From NCBI GenBank assembly GCA_013239625.1, contig MU056000.1, positions 12,785,175 through 12,849,174 on the forward strand: a stretch of DNA of 64,000 bases, written 5' to 3'. Each line of letters opens with the position of its first letter. Position 1 is the first letter of the stretch. The position numbers and the translations under genes are program-made. The notes under the pieces are model-generated. The model searched no databases. It saw nothing but the letters and a program-made list of their open reading frames with translations, and was not told the origin of the DNA. This DNA comes from Lama guanicoe. Its lineage: Eukaryota. This document shows, piece by piece, positions 12,951 to 25,800 of this stretch.

Positions 12951-14129
12951 GTTTTAAGCACACATGTGTGCTCACTATTTATTAATCCTTCCACTTCTTA
13001 GAACATAAAATCCATATTTTATGCTATTCTAGAAAAACCTCATGAGAAATAGATATACTATTACATAATGGATATTTTAAAAAGATGAGGATAGCTTTTA
13101 AATACGCTGAACTAATATGAACTGAGTTTACCTTGGTACGACTAGCCACGTAAAGAAGTTAATAATATTTCAAGTCACTGTATATAATAAATGTAACTGA
13201 AAGCTTTTTTCTCTTTTGCTACATTGTTCAAAATTAGGTTCTTAAAAGATGGTTCATTATAGAATCATAACAAAAAGAACTTCACTGAAAAGTCAGTTTT
13301 TATAAGCAAAGAAAATTTTAGGAAGCATGATTGAGGAATTTGAAAGTCCAAAATCTCACTTAGGTAGAATTTCTCAAAACTTTGGATGTTTCCCATTTAT
13401 CATTGAAGGAGTTTGGAGATTTGTAATACAAAATTATTTAATGCTCAACAATGTCATGTGTCCCATTGGTAATCACACGGGATGTTGATTTAGGCTTTCC
13501 TGTTTCCCCCCATTTTAAGTAATATAAAGCACGTATGGATTTTATGTCTGTTCACATGAATACAATATCCCAAGCAAAATATTAAAAAAAAGAATAAAAC
13601 TGACAGAAATGCACTTATTCTAAAAGCTACAATGAAAGAGTACACGCTTAGAAGAATATATAATACATCCATTTTTTATGAGGTTTATATACACATACAT
13701 AGCAAATATATCTAAACTCAACTCTTTTATATGTTTTTTCCAGCTTTCTATGGTGAGAAGGCGAGGTTTTGATTTGTTTTGTCTCGTTCTGTTTTTATGG
13801 TGAAAAGGCAAGTTATTCCTCCATGTCCTGACAAAAGAGTAGCACCAGTTTTAGAAGAGATGGTTTTTAAACTCTCCTTGAAGTTGTATGTCAAAAGATA
13901 ATTTATTCCCTCTTGAAAATTAAATTTTGTCACACTCTGTTTTCACATACTAAGCTGGAATTTTGCTTCTTATGACTTGCTCACAGATTACATACATATA
14001 TCTTAAATCTGTAAGCTTTAAAGTTCCATAGCCTAAGGTCTGTTTTTTTTTCATCTGACAGCTGTTTAAAATTTGAAGACAGAAAGTACTTTCTTCCCCA
14101 GAAATGGTTTTCTAAATCCTTTATAATCT

Positions 14130-14230
14130 TGGACACTTTTTGGATATTGTCAGATTAACAACATTTTTCCTAAAATATATTGCCTCCAAATAAAAACAGC
14201 ATTCCAGATGTGGTCTGATAAAACCATGCA
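14130..14230 (-). mobile_element. L3/CR1 LINE fragment
   Basis: aacagcattccagatgtggtctga resembles the antisense of the CR1 'VRPHLEYCVQF' region. Confidence 0.5.
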
Positions 14231-14479
14231 TATTGGGTTTATTTTTACATGATCAAATAATTCATAATTTTCATTTAATACATGGTTACTAGCGTATTAC
14301 CACAGTATCTATATTACTGGAGCCAAATGCCACTTTTCATCTCTGTCTTATTAGGAGACACAGGGCTATAGAATCACAGAATCTGGGTTAGAAAAGACTA
14401 CCAAGAACTGTTAACACAACCGTGTCATTCTTTTACTTAGAATTTGTCATTGCCTTTCTGTCACTTTCAGATAACCTCA

Positions 14480-14900
14480 GCTCTAAATGGTGCAAACAGC
14501 CCCGTCTGCTTTTCTCTCCTCATTACTCATCTCTGGCTCTGTGATTTGTTTTCCAGCAACATGTTGTGTATCCCATAAACAAATATCTTTCAGGGGCTTT
14601 TTTCTCATGCTATTCTCTCTGCCTAGAATGCTCTTTCCAATGTGATGTCTCAGTTAAATGTTACATATCCTTTAAGAATCTTTACAGATATTGATTCATC
14701 AAGGAAGGTTTTTAACCTTTTCAAAGCCCTGAGGCTGGGTTAGGGGCTCCTTCTCTTGTGCCTACAATGTTTCAAAAAACCCTGTCACTGCAGTTAGCAC
14801 AATTTATCATGATTTCTAATTTATTGGTGTATCTAGAAAACTGAGGTTATTGACTAGTAATATTTATCTCTTTATTAATAGTATTTGGTAAGACATCAGA
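14480..14900 (+). mobile_element. L2 LINE 3' fragment
   Basis: tgctattctctctgcctagaatgctcttt...aaggaaggtttt...ctgggttaggggctccttc. Confidence 0.55.
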
Positions 14901-16514
14901 AACATAGCATAAGTGAAACCCATGATTAGTTAGGAGAGAGTGAATTTCATAAATTAGGAAATTAAAGTTCAGAGCAATTCACTGGCGTGTCTAAGGACAC
15001 AGAGCTGAATTTTGATAACTAAGACATATCCATGAAATTTGATATAGTTTAATTAGTTTAATTTTTGAAAAGTTAGTTTTTGCATCTTAGAGGAAACCCA
15101 TGCAGATGTGTATCTTATGTCCTGTCTCTAGAAAGGCAGCATACTTTTGCAGAAAGGAGAGTGTTAGCCAAATATTTATGTATTAAGACCTTTCATGGAG
15201 AGTGTGGTCTGGGAGGCAGAGAGAGAGAAAAGGGAGATGAGTCAGGGAATGAAGGAAGCAAAGATCAGGAGGTGCATTACTGATCTAGCCATTTTTGACA
15301 TCAGGACAATGATGTTTGATTTGGCAGGACTGTTGTTAGAGACGTGGTATGATCTCCTGGATATCCTGACAGTCATTCTGGAGGATGAGAGGGAGGTAAT
15401 TTGCTAAGTTTTTCTCCTACTGATCTAATTAGTTCCATGGGGATTGCTTCTTTATGCATGTAGACTGAACACATATGATTGTCAACTGGTTCCTAAAATG
15501 TTTTAACTGTCAGAGAAGACTTGTTTCAATGTGCTTCAGTTGCACTATTCCTATATAAAAATTGCGTCCTAACTCAGATTTGTCTTACTAGATTTTGATC
15601 TATGGAGTTATTTCCTTGCTAAAGGTGAGACTGATATTCTGACTCTTTTTCCCCAAACATTTGGGGCACTAGAGTGGAAGAAAGGAAGTAATATGCACCT
15701 GTAAATTAGAAAAAAGGCAATTATGAAATATAATAAATTAGTTTCCCTTAATTTTCTACATAATGTCATTTTGTAAAACATTTTTGTGGTGATGTTGTCC
15801 ATGGAGTTTCCTCAGGAAATTTAATGGTCTTTGTCCTTTGTCATTTTTGGAAGTCCTACACTGTTCTTATGTTCGTAAATTTGATACTTATCATTCACCA
15901 GTTTCTGTTACTCCAAGAGATGTATGTTAAACTTGTTTTCTAGTGGCTTATTGAACTGACAGAAAAAAAAATAACACATAAAAACAATGATAAGTCTTTT
16001 TGATTCCCTAATAAAGTCTCCAGGTATAAGCATGATTAAAATTTTGGTATATGTTCTTTCAGATTTCTGTACACCTTATGTGCGCAAACACCTGGGGAAA
16101 TTTTTCTGCATATGCTGCTCTGTAACCGGCTTCTTAAGCTTTCTTTCTCTTTTCTTCCCTTCATTTTTCCTTTCTACTCTTTCTTCCTTCTTGTAATTAC
16201 CAACACTATGGTGATTATTCTATTTCTGTAACTCTGAGTAAATATGCATGTAGTGTAAAAGTGGAATTGTTAGCTCAAAAGGAAGGCGTGATAGTTGTTA
16301 CAAAATATGCTATACCAATTGACCCTCTTTAATTAGTTGAGAGTTCTCAGTCCCCCTTCATATTCAACTGGTTTAATATTTTGATATTTGCCAATCTGAT
16401 GCATGAAAAATATCCCATTGTTCTTATTTACATTTATTTAGTTATTACTTAAGTTTCAGCATCGTATTATTTATTTATTGGCCAGTACTGTGAATTGCTT
16501 TTTTCTTATAGACA

Positions 16515-17028
16515 TCTTTATTTTATTTTTTTAATTGAAATATTGTTAGTTTACAATATTGTGTCAATTTCTGGTGTACAGCATAATGTTTCAGTTATAC
16601 ATATACATGCATATATTCATTTTCATATTTTTTCATTATATGTTACTACAAGATCCTTAATAAAGTTCTCGGTGCCACACCATAAGTTACTATGAGATTT
16701 TGAATGTAGTTTCCTGTTCTATACAGTATGAACTTGTTTATTTTATATATAGAAGTTAGTATTTGCAAATCTCAAACTCCTAACTTATCTCTTCCCACTC
16801 CCTCCTCTCCGGTAACCTTAAATTTGTTTTCCATGTCTGTGAATCTGTTTCTGTTTTGTAAATAAGTTTGTTTGTCTTTTTTTTTTTTTTTAAGATTCCA
16901 CATATAAGTGATATCATATGGCATTTTTCTTTCTCTTTCTGGCTTACTTCACTTAGAATAACATTCTCTAGGTCCATCCATGTTGCTGAAAATGGCATTA
17001 CTTTATTAATTTTTTATGGCTTAATAGT
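16515..17028 (-). mobile_element. Young camelid-type L1 3' end, antisense
   Basis: ttttttaattgaaatattgttagtttacaatattgtgtcaatttctggtgtacagc...; minus ORF MPFSATWMDLENVILSEVSQKEKEKCHMISLICGI. Confidence 0.92.
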
Positions 17029-17128
17029 ATCTGCAATCTTAATTCTCTTCTGTCACATAACTGAACTCATCCACAGGTCAGGGATGAGGACATGGGCATC
17101 TTTGGGGCCCATTATTCTGTTTCTCACA
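17029..17128 (-). mobile_element. MaLR (MLT1-type) LTR terminal fragment
   Basis: cacaggtcagggatgaggacatgggcatctttggggcccattattctgtttctcaca. Confidence 0.6.
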
Positions 17129-17399
17129 AGAGAAGAGGGGATTACGATCTTGTGTGAGTGTGTAGCACTGGAGGAGAATATGGGTGATGGGAAAATACAG
17201 TCTTATTTACCATGGTGAAGAATTTAGATTTTAAACAAGAGCCAGCCATCGGAATATTTCAAGAGGGACATGCCGTGATTTGATGTAGGTTTTAAATGAT
17301 ATTTTAAAAATCAATGTTTTATTGCTTATGCTAATGGTTTGCTATTGGAGATGAACTTTAGACCAAAAAAAGATGAAATATATATATATTTTCAGAAAA

Positions 17400-18950
17400 T
17401 ACAGCAACAATTTTGATTGAGCCCATACTGACTTTATATAAATATTTGGCAAATGGCATCTTTATAACACTGAGTCTTTCCACTGTACAAAAAATCTGTC
17501 TTTTTGTACACCCAACATTCTTTGTGTTAATTTTTTTTTACCTTTTGCCTTGGAACTGTATATTTCATGTTCAGACTAAAATTAGATATTACATAGAATT
17601 TTAAAATATTTTAATGAGATATAATTGATAATTGTTACTTAAGTGCTATTGATTTTTATATTTTTAAAAATCTGACAACCTAGCAAAACCTTCTTATCTT
17701 AATATTTTCCACTTAATATATTTTGGTTTTCCAATTAGATAATTTTCATATAACATTTATTCCTTCCTTTTAATATTTATACATCTAACTTTTTTCTTAA
17801 CAATATGTGCCAACAAGGGCTTATAGAACATCAATTAATAATAGAAATGGCTAAGTGTAGGTATTGATTAGTAATGAATGCTTAATTTTGTTAAATGCCT
17901 TTTTTTTTAGCATTCTCTATTAATGTGTAATACAATGAATTACATCATTAGATTTTTTAATACTGTACTATTCTTATCTTCCTAGAAAAATGAGCACTAT
18001 TTTTGGTATAGTATTCTTTTACTTCTGTTGGATTTTATGAACTTATACCTTTAGAGTATTAATACATCATGTACATGTACGTGATGTTGATGTATCATGG
18101 TTTTTATGCCATCTTTGCTCATTGAATATTAGCATTATAGCAGCTTCATAGAAAATATTTTAAGGGTTTCTTGTTTCTTATGCTCTGGAGTAAAATAAAA
18201 AACTTGACCCTTTGCTAAAACCTACCTGGAAAGCCTTATGGGTCAAGTGCCTTTGTTACTGGTTTTTGTAGGCTGTCTAAATAGCCTTTTATTAGGTGAG
18301 GTTAGTCGTTTATATTTCTAAATAAAATATTTGTATTTGTACATTCATGGTATAATGTTATACTTTATCCTTCTACAGTATTTTAATCCTCTTTGTCTCT
18401 ATAATTTTTTTTTCTCATTTATATATTCTTGGGAATGGTTACTAGGAGGTTGTATTTTCTCAGTATTTTTAAGAATCAGCTTGCTTTCATCTATTATACT
18501 TATTTAAAACATTAATTTAGACTTTATTGATGCTGCCGCTTGACATTTGGGGGTAGAAGACTGACTACAGAGCACATGTACTGAGATACAGTTTTCATAG
18601 GATGAGAGACTCACGCTCTGTTCAAGAAGAAAGAAATGTCTACGTTCATTATCTATTTTACTGCTTAGATTGAATGTTTTAAAATTTCAGCAACTCCTTT
18701 TTAAAATTCCTTTTATTCCTTTTTGGATTCATTTGTAATAGTATCTTGCTTTTGATTTACAGATGCAAGAGGTTCGCAATTTCTCCTGAGAATACTAACA
18801 TCTCTCTACTTTTCTGCATTAACCTTGTTTCATTAGAGAAAGTGGACTTACTGACTTTGTTTGGGCTTCTTTTCAGGGTGTTGAGAATCCTGCAATGTCA
18901 TATTATCCAACAATAGTGCCAATCTTTAGAACTGATGGAGTATATCCATA
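17400..18950 (-). mobile_element. Highly decayed old L1 (L1ME/L1M5-like) fragments
   Basis: T-rich antisense L1 remnants: ttggcaaatggcatctttataacactgagtcttt, gtgctattgatttttata, agaatcagcttgct. Confidence 0.5.
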
Positions 18951-21914
18951 CATTGCAGCTGGCACGGACTTCATAAAGCACTGAGCCAAGAGTATATATA
19001 GTTTTGTCAACAGGTAGACGTGCTACCTTTTTCTGTCTGTTACAAAATCAGTTTGCATTGCTACAGGCACAGTTTATAGCCATACCAACACTTTGGGTTT
19101 TTGTTTTGTTTTTGACTGTTTTGAGTTTCTTCACTATGGAAAAACTAGACACTAATGCTTTGAGAAGACACTCTTTTCCCAGTTGTGGTAGAGTTGTTAA
19201 AGTTCTTGGGTTTGCTTCCTGGTGTCTACTTTCTAAACCAACCAAATTTCCATCTTCTGATGGTGAGATATTAGAAGTGTCTGTTTCTGGCCTGAATTCT
19301 GGCTGCCAGTTGTAAGTATAGGGAAGGATTTACTGTAAATATTAGTTTCTGGGGAATTTATGGCTGTGCTGAGTCATTTCATCCTGCATGTGCATTGTGG
19401 TTGGAAGTTAGCTGGAGAACTATTTCTCTTTTCTCTCTCTCCTAACAGCAACAATCAAAGTCAGCTTTGGCAAAATTCCCACTTTTCTTAGTAACCATTC
19501 CAAGCCAAATCCAAGCGTAGCGTAAATTATACAGTCAGGTGTGTCTAGGGAGGAGAGAACTGTGGATGTTACTCTGCAGTCTTCCACGTGACCTCCCTGT
19601 CACTTCTTCTTTCAGCACTACATTTTTGGATTATTTTGTTGAAAAATATTTTACACTTATCCTTTAGGGTAACTTGCTTCTGCTTGAGTTCAGTAATGAG
19701 TGGTATTCTCTTGATGTCAAGGAATTTTCCAATTTTTGTCCACTGATAGGACATGTCTCTTTATAATGTCTTTCTTTCCCTTTATTTTTCTTATATGTAG
19801 TATTAGAATAGTATTTAGGAAGGGAGAAATGTATCTTGAGCTACATGTCATCAAGAAACTGGAATGTGAAATTGGATTCTTTTAACATTTAATTTGATTT
19901 TTCTATATGTGCTCTTTCTTCTAGCAAGTTCTTCCTAAGGCATTCCAAACTCTCATCCAACACTGACTTGGTTTGACAATGTTAATGTAATAAGTTAAAG
20001 AGTTGAGGTAAAGTATGTCCAAGATCTGTGGGTCCACAGTGATGAAGAACAACTTGTGAGGCATCTCATTGAAATAGGTGGGATTAATGGCCCTATTGGT
20101 TCTGAAGGCTTTTTTTTTTTCCAGCTTATGGAAGTGCAATTGTATGTAAATGCTTTCTATATTTCTCCCAGCTCCATATTGGGAGTGTAAGGACAGAGAA
20201 CCCAATTCCTCCAAAAAATATTGTAGAACTCTCCTATTCTTCCAAAAAGTCTGTTCAATTTTTGTGGCTATCCGACAATATTTTGGTTTAACCTTCTATG
20301 TTCAGGTAGCTAAAGCATTATTTTATTATCTACATTTTGCAAATGTGGCAAATGAGACACACAAAATTTAGGTAAATCTCAAGCTATCTACTGAGAAAAT
20401 GCTAGAATTCAAAGTCCCCTTCTAGTATAGTTTTGCTTTTTCTACATAGAATTACCTCTCTGAATATGAGTGAAAAATTTAGTCAACAAATATTTTATCA
20501 AGTATCTAATTTTCAATATACCAACATGGTCAGGAGAGACAAACAAAAGTAAATATTACATGAATCTAAAGATTTGCAATTATCTGCCTGAAGAAAGGAG
20601 AATGAAGATAATAAAATTATCTGTATTGTGCTTATTAATGGAGAAAACAATCATTATAAACAACCAAAACAACAGCAAAAAGATCCACAGCATTTTAGTA
20701 ATCCCAGGGTTTTAGAGTGAATATGGTATCTGTACAATGTTACAGATTAGGGATTGGCTCAGACATGTTAACCTACAATGGTTTCCTGGAGCATCCTGCA
20801 GAATTCGATCTCTCTGGAAACTGTTGCCCGTCTTGAGTCATTGTGGATGCTTCCTGGGCTCTGGATGACTTCTTGGCTCCAGCTCTTTACCATGAAAATT
20901 GGCATCGGTCCCACTTGGCTCTGTATTTCTTTGACCTCTGGCTGCCCCTACCCACCCCTGTGACCTGGGTCTTTACCAGAAACTGAACCTGCTGCTCACT
21001 TGCTGCTTTTCAGTACTGACTGCAAATTCCTGGTCTAAATTCTGCTTAGCCTGGCAGCAAGTGTCAGTGGGGACATATGTAGGCAAAGCAAATGGAGGGT
21101 TATATAATGACCAAACAAACAACTCTCGCCAAATTCAGTTCATGCAGAAGCATTCATTTTGATGAGGGTTAGGCATATAGAAAAGGAGTCTTTTGATCAG
21201 AGCTCTTAATTGAGTGATTTCAGGCTTTGATATCCATTTAATACAAGGTACCTAACTTTGCCTTTTTGAGCAAGCAATTATTGCCCAATGCATTGAGTAG
21301 TGAGAGGCAATTAAAAAATAATCTGTAACCCAAATGTCTGTTGTAGAAAAGATAACTGAAAAACAGTCAGTGAAATAATCTTAAAAATTTTAAATTTTCT
21401 TTTTTTATTTGCATGATTCAGGACCACAGATTCAAATTCCTGATGGACACTATTAGCTCCATGTTATCTAAGTCTCTGGATTAAAATGAAATCTATTTTC
21501 TCTCCATCTCTCCCTTTCTGTTTTCTGCCCTGCTTCCCTTTCTTTCTACTTACTTCTTTCTTTTTCTGTCTTCTCTCTCTGTCTCTGTCTCCATTTCTTC
21601 CAAGTGGAAGATATTTATTATAGATAGTAGTTAGGAAGAACTTGATTTCCAACTATAATTAATGTCTTCAGAGAAGTGTCTTACATGAAACAAGGTTGCT
21701 AAAAATTGGAGACTTTGTCTGCTTGTTTCTGAAAGAAGCTTCTTGAGTAATATTATAGAAGAAAAGATCCTGTCTCTCAAATGAAGACTGTTTTTCTATC
21801 ACAAGTATTGATCCACCATCAGAAACAAAATATAAAGAGGTCAAGCTCAATGTTCTAGTTACTCTTTATCTTCCTCTACATTAAAAAAAATGAGGCCTTC
21901 TAAAATATATAATA

Positions 21915-22330
21915 TTCAATTATGTTTTTTATTTGTATTTCCCTAATTACAATGTTTAACATCTTCAAATCTTTACACGTTCCTATTTGCCACCTGTATC
22001 TTTTCTCTGGTGAATGTTTATTCAAATATTTTGCCCAGGTTTTGTTGGGCTGTCTTCTTATTACTGAGTTGTGAGAGTTCTTTATACAATCTGGATAAGT
22101 ATCCTTTATCAGATACATGTTTTGCAAATACATTCTCCCAGATTGTGGCTTATCTTTCCATTTTCTTAACAGTGTCTTTCAAAGAGCAAAATGTTTAATT
22201 TGACTAACTCTAATTTGTAAATTTTTAGTGGGTGGTGCCTTACCTCTTCTATCTAAACAAATCTTTGCCTAATCTAAAGTTATAAAGATTCTTTCTCATA
22301 TTCTTTTTTGGAAATTTCATAGTTTTAGGT
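21915..22330 (-). mobile_element. L1 ORF2 fragment, antisense (possible inverted arm)
   Basis: Minus ORF ...TWAKYLNKHSPEK...IVIREIQIK matches L1 ORF2 'KWAKDLNRHFSKE...IIREMQIKT'. Confidence 0.85.
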
Positions 22331-22471
22331 TTTATAATTAGGTTACTATAATATTTGGAAATTTTATAATTAGGTTTCTATAATATTTAGAAATTATTTT
22401 CTAATGTGGTTATAATATTTAAACCACATTAGAAAATAATTTTGTGGTTTCTGATAAGTCAGGCATATTTT

Positions 22472-23025
22472 TATCATTTGATCCAGCATGTCACTCCTAG
22501 GTGTTTACTCAAAAATAAAAATAAAATAAAAGTAAAAAGAAAACATTTGTCTGTAAGGTTTTCTATGCATGAATGTTTATGGTAGCTGTTTTCACAACTG
22601 CCCAAAATGGAAACACACCAAATATCCATCAACTGGTTTATAGATAAACAAATTATTGTGCACACATATAGTACAATAAGAAGAAAAACTACTAATATAT
22701 ACATATCCACATGAAATGGGTAAAAAACATGATGCTAAGGAAAAGGGCTCAAAAACTGGTATATTATCTCATTTATACAATGTTTTAGAAAAGGCAAAAC
22801 TGTAGAGACAAAAATCAGATCATCAGTTACTGTGGGCTAAGGATGGGGGGAAAGGATTAATCACAAAGTAGAATAAAGAAACTTTTTGAGAAATAAAAAC
22901 GATCTTCACTTCAATTTTGTTGGAGGTATGTGACTGTTAATGTTGTTCAAAACTCTGTGAATTGTATATCTAAAAAAGGTGAACTTTGCTAAATGTAAAT
23001 TGTATCTGGAAAAACCTGAGTAAAT
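22472..23025 (+). mobile_element. L1 ORF2 end/3'UTR (L1MC/L1MD-like), sense
   Basis: tcatttgatccagcatgtcactcctaggtgtttactc (PFDPAIPLLG-like)...aaaaggcaaaactgtagagacaaaaatcagat... Confidence 0.85.
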
Positions 23026-24645
23026 AATTTTTCTTTAAGAGTTCAACTTTTTACACAATTATTTTCACAAAAAAATAATTGAGTCTGTGTATATCTCTTC
23101 CTTCTAATTTTTCACTAAGAATGGACCAATTTTTCCTAAAAGGTGACAGAGCCAGCAATCAATTCCCAGCTCTTATCAAGGTGCTAATATATTATTATAG
23201 AAGTTTCCTCTATTCTTATTAAAGACAGCTTCTATGTCAATGTCTCAGGCTAGAAAAATCAGACACCTACTAGCCTTGTACTTTTTTGCTCTGTGTATTC
23301 CTAATAGCTTATCTAATTATTGCTGCCTTTACAGGTTTTGAATCATAGTTCTTTCTTTTTCCTTTCCTCTCACTATCTTAGTTTAGGCTTTCACATGATT
23401 CTTCTTGGATCAATGCGTTTTGCTTTCAATTGCTTTTCTTACCCCTAGGCTCTAACTCTTCCAACTCATATTGAATATGATGACCCAATAAATCTTAAAC
23501 TGCAAACTTAATAAATTGCCTGATATATCATGGTTACTTCTTCCATTTGCTTTTAAATGCTTTTGGTAGCATGGTGCACTTTGTCCCATGGTTCCAAACA
23601 TATGTTCTCCAAAGACTATTCAAAATGCCAAAGCATTTTGTTTGGATTAGGAATTATCATGTACACTTGAATATAAGGTAAGAATTTATTTTCTCCCAAA
23701 TTATTCTCCCAAACATAAGGTATATCTCTAACCTTCCAAAGTCTTCCACATAATGAAATACTCTCTCAATGACTTTATTTTGAGCAAGAAAAAATGTATT
23801 TTGAGAAAGCTGGTCAGATTTAATAACATTAGTATATTCTGATTTGGATGCCCATAGAAGTGTCCTGGTGGAGTCAAATATTTAATATGAAGTTTAACAT
23901 GGATTTAGTGAGGGAGTTCGTATCACAACTGCAAGATTATACATTGTAAACAAGCCTTTACAAACGTTAAACTGATTTTATGAATAAAATTATCTAGGGA
24001 TCTATTTGACTGTTTTATCTAATTCTTTACGTTGACCAACATCCTCCTATTGTTCTTTCATCTTTTTTTTTGATTTTCTCATTAGAATCTATCTGTCTGT
24101 CTGCCTATCTATCTATCTATCAATCATTGATCAATCATGTAAGCAGCCAAATCAAATGAGCACAGTATTGATGTATCATCAATCTGGATGATCTTGGCTG
24201 TCAAGGAGAGCATAACCAATTTGCCTTCTCTATCCAGGTTTAGTTTCCTCAAATTCTAAAAGAAATTGGTAAGAGTCTTTCCTACAGGGTTCAGCAGTAA
24301 TTATCATAACAGCTGAGTTTCCAGGGCTCTGAACCCCAGAAAGACTTAGAGAATACACGTGCTTGCACTGCCTCTTCTCCTTGTTAATCTTTGGTTGTAA
24401 CTTCAGAGAAAAAGTGAAGCATTATAGAGAAGCGATGTCTTAGGAGATTTTTGTTTTTAGTAATTGGTATTTTTTTAATCTTTGAAGCTCAGTTAGAATT
24501 CACCTTCTTCTATAGCTGTTTTTTGACTGTGACCATGGAGTGTGTAGCACATGCTGGATGAAGTTAGCTGAGGTTTAGGCGTCTTCAGCATCATCGCTTT
24601 CCCCTGGGCTGCTATCGGTCCTCCGTCAGATGGAGGAGACACACC

Positions 24646-24653
24646 TGACGTCA
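24646..24653. promoter_or_regulatory. Full palindromic CRE motif
   Basis: TGACGTCA with its CpG intact in a CpG-poor background; function unknown. Confidence 0.3.
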
Positions 24654-25675
24654 TGTGCATGCTTTTCAGGCTTTAACACTATTTGTCCACACACAGTTTA
24701 TAGCCGTAACAGATACTTAAATAGGCAAGACATCCTCAAGATGTACCATAGTCTCCTTTTTTCCACAAAATTAATATTTTATTATATACAGTTGGCCTAA
24801 AAGGTGGGTGTCATAGTGAGTGTTCATTGTGATTTGGAATAGGAAAGGTGATGCTAAAACTTTAATTATTTATTCCTGCCTAATGCAGAAGTGCTTGTAA
24901 GGGGCTGAGACCTACCCGCTTTGTTGGCAAATGTTAGTGTAAATAAGGGTAAGTCTGCATGTTAGCTGCGTATGCTTAATTAGCAACATTAATAATTGGG
25001 GTCATAGCTGTACATTTCTCTCGTGAGGAGAAAAACAAGAAGAGGGGGAAATGACTTCATAATACTGTGGGAAATACATCAGGAAGCACCCTGGCTATGG
25101 TGAGTAGGTGCTACCAAATCAGTTGGTGACCAGAAAAGACTTCCCTGTGGGCTTGAGGATCCCATATTTACACCCATATTCCCAGCCATCCAGCTCCACA
25201 GAGGACCTGAGAGGCAGAGCACATTTCATTCTCCACATCTCAGTTTGTGGAAGTTATTACTTCCCCTTCTATAGTTAAATATTCTGTATTCTTTCCTTTC
25301 TATGTCGAAATATCTTCTATTCCAAATTATATTTACTCTAAGCAAAGGATAAGATAATTTGCAATTGAAAGTATATAATCTTATACTGCTGTAATGAAAG
25401 TCCATTCAAATTACGGTTATCTTACCAGAAAATATTCATAATTCTCATACCTAAAATCACAGTTCTCAAAGGAAACCTATAAACAGAAGTGGGCTGCAGG
25501 AAGCTCTGAGTCTTCCTTAAGTTATTTATTTAGTTATTCATGATATCTTTTTCAGATTCTTTGGAGAATTATTACCGACCCACCATGTATCGGGCATTGC
25601 CCTAGAATTTCTTTTAAATTCAGTGACCACAGGGCAGAAACTTCCAGGTAAATAATCTCCAAAGGAGCATCATGA

Positions 25676-25800
25676 GGGGAGGGTACAGCTAAGTGGTAGA
25701 GCATATGCTTAGCATGCATGAGGTCCTGGGTTCAATCCCCAGTACCTCTATTGAAAAACTAAATAAATAAGCCTAATTACTTACTCCCTGGAAAAAAATT
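25676..25800 (+). mobile_element. tRNA-Ala(AGC)-derived SINE (camelid Vic-1-like)
   Basis: GGGGAGGGTACAGCTAAGTGGTAGAGCATATGCTTAGCATGCATGAGGTCCTGGGTTCAATCCCCAGTACCTC: A box, B box GGTTCAATCCC (25729-25739), AGC anticodon, followed by an A-rich tail. Confidence 0.9.

Noticed and set aside
20738..21060. Possible ancient LTR-like element (starts TGTTACAG, pyrimidine-rich)
   Set aside because: Could not assign a family or boundaries with any confidence by eye
25676..25750. tRNA-Ala gene
   Set aside because: Mismatched stems, SINE-type tail and TSD indicate a SINE, not a functional tRNA
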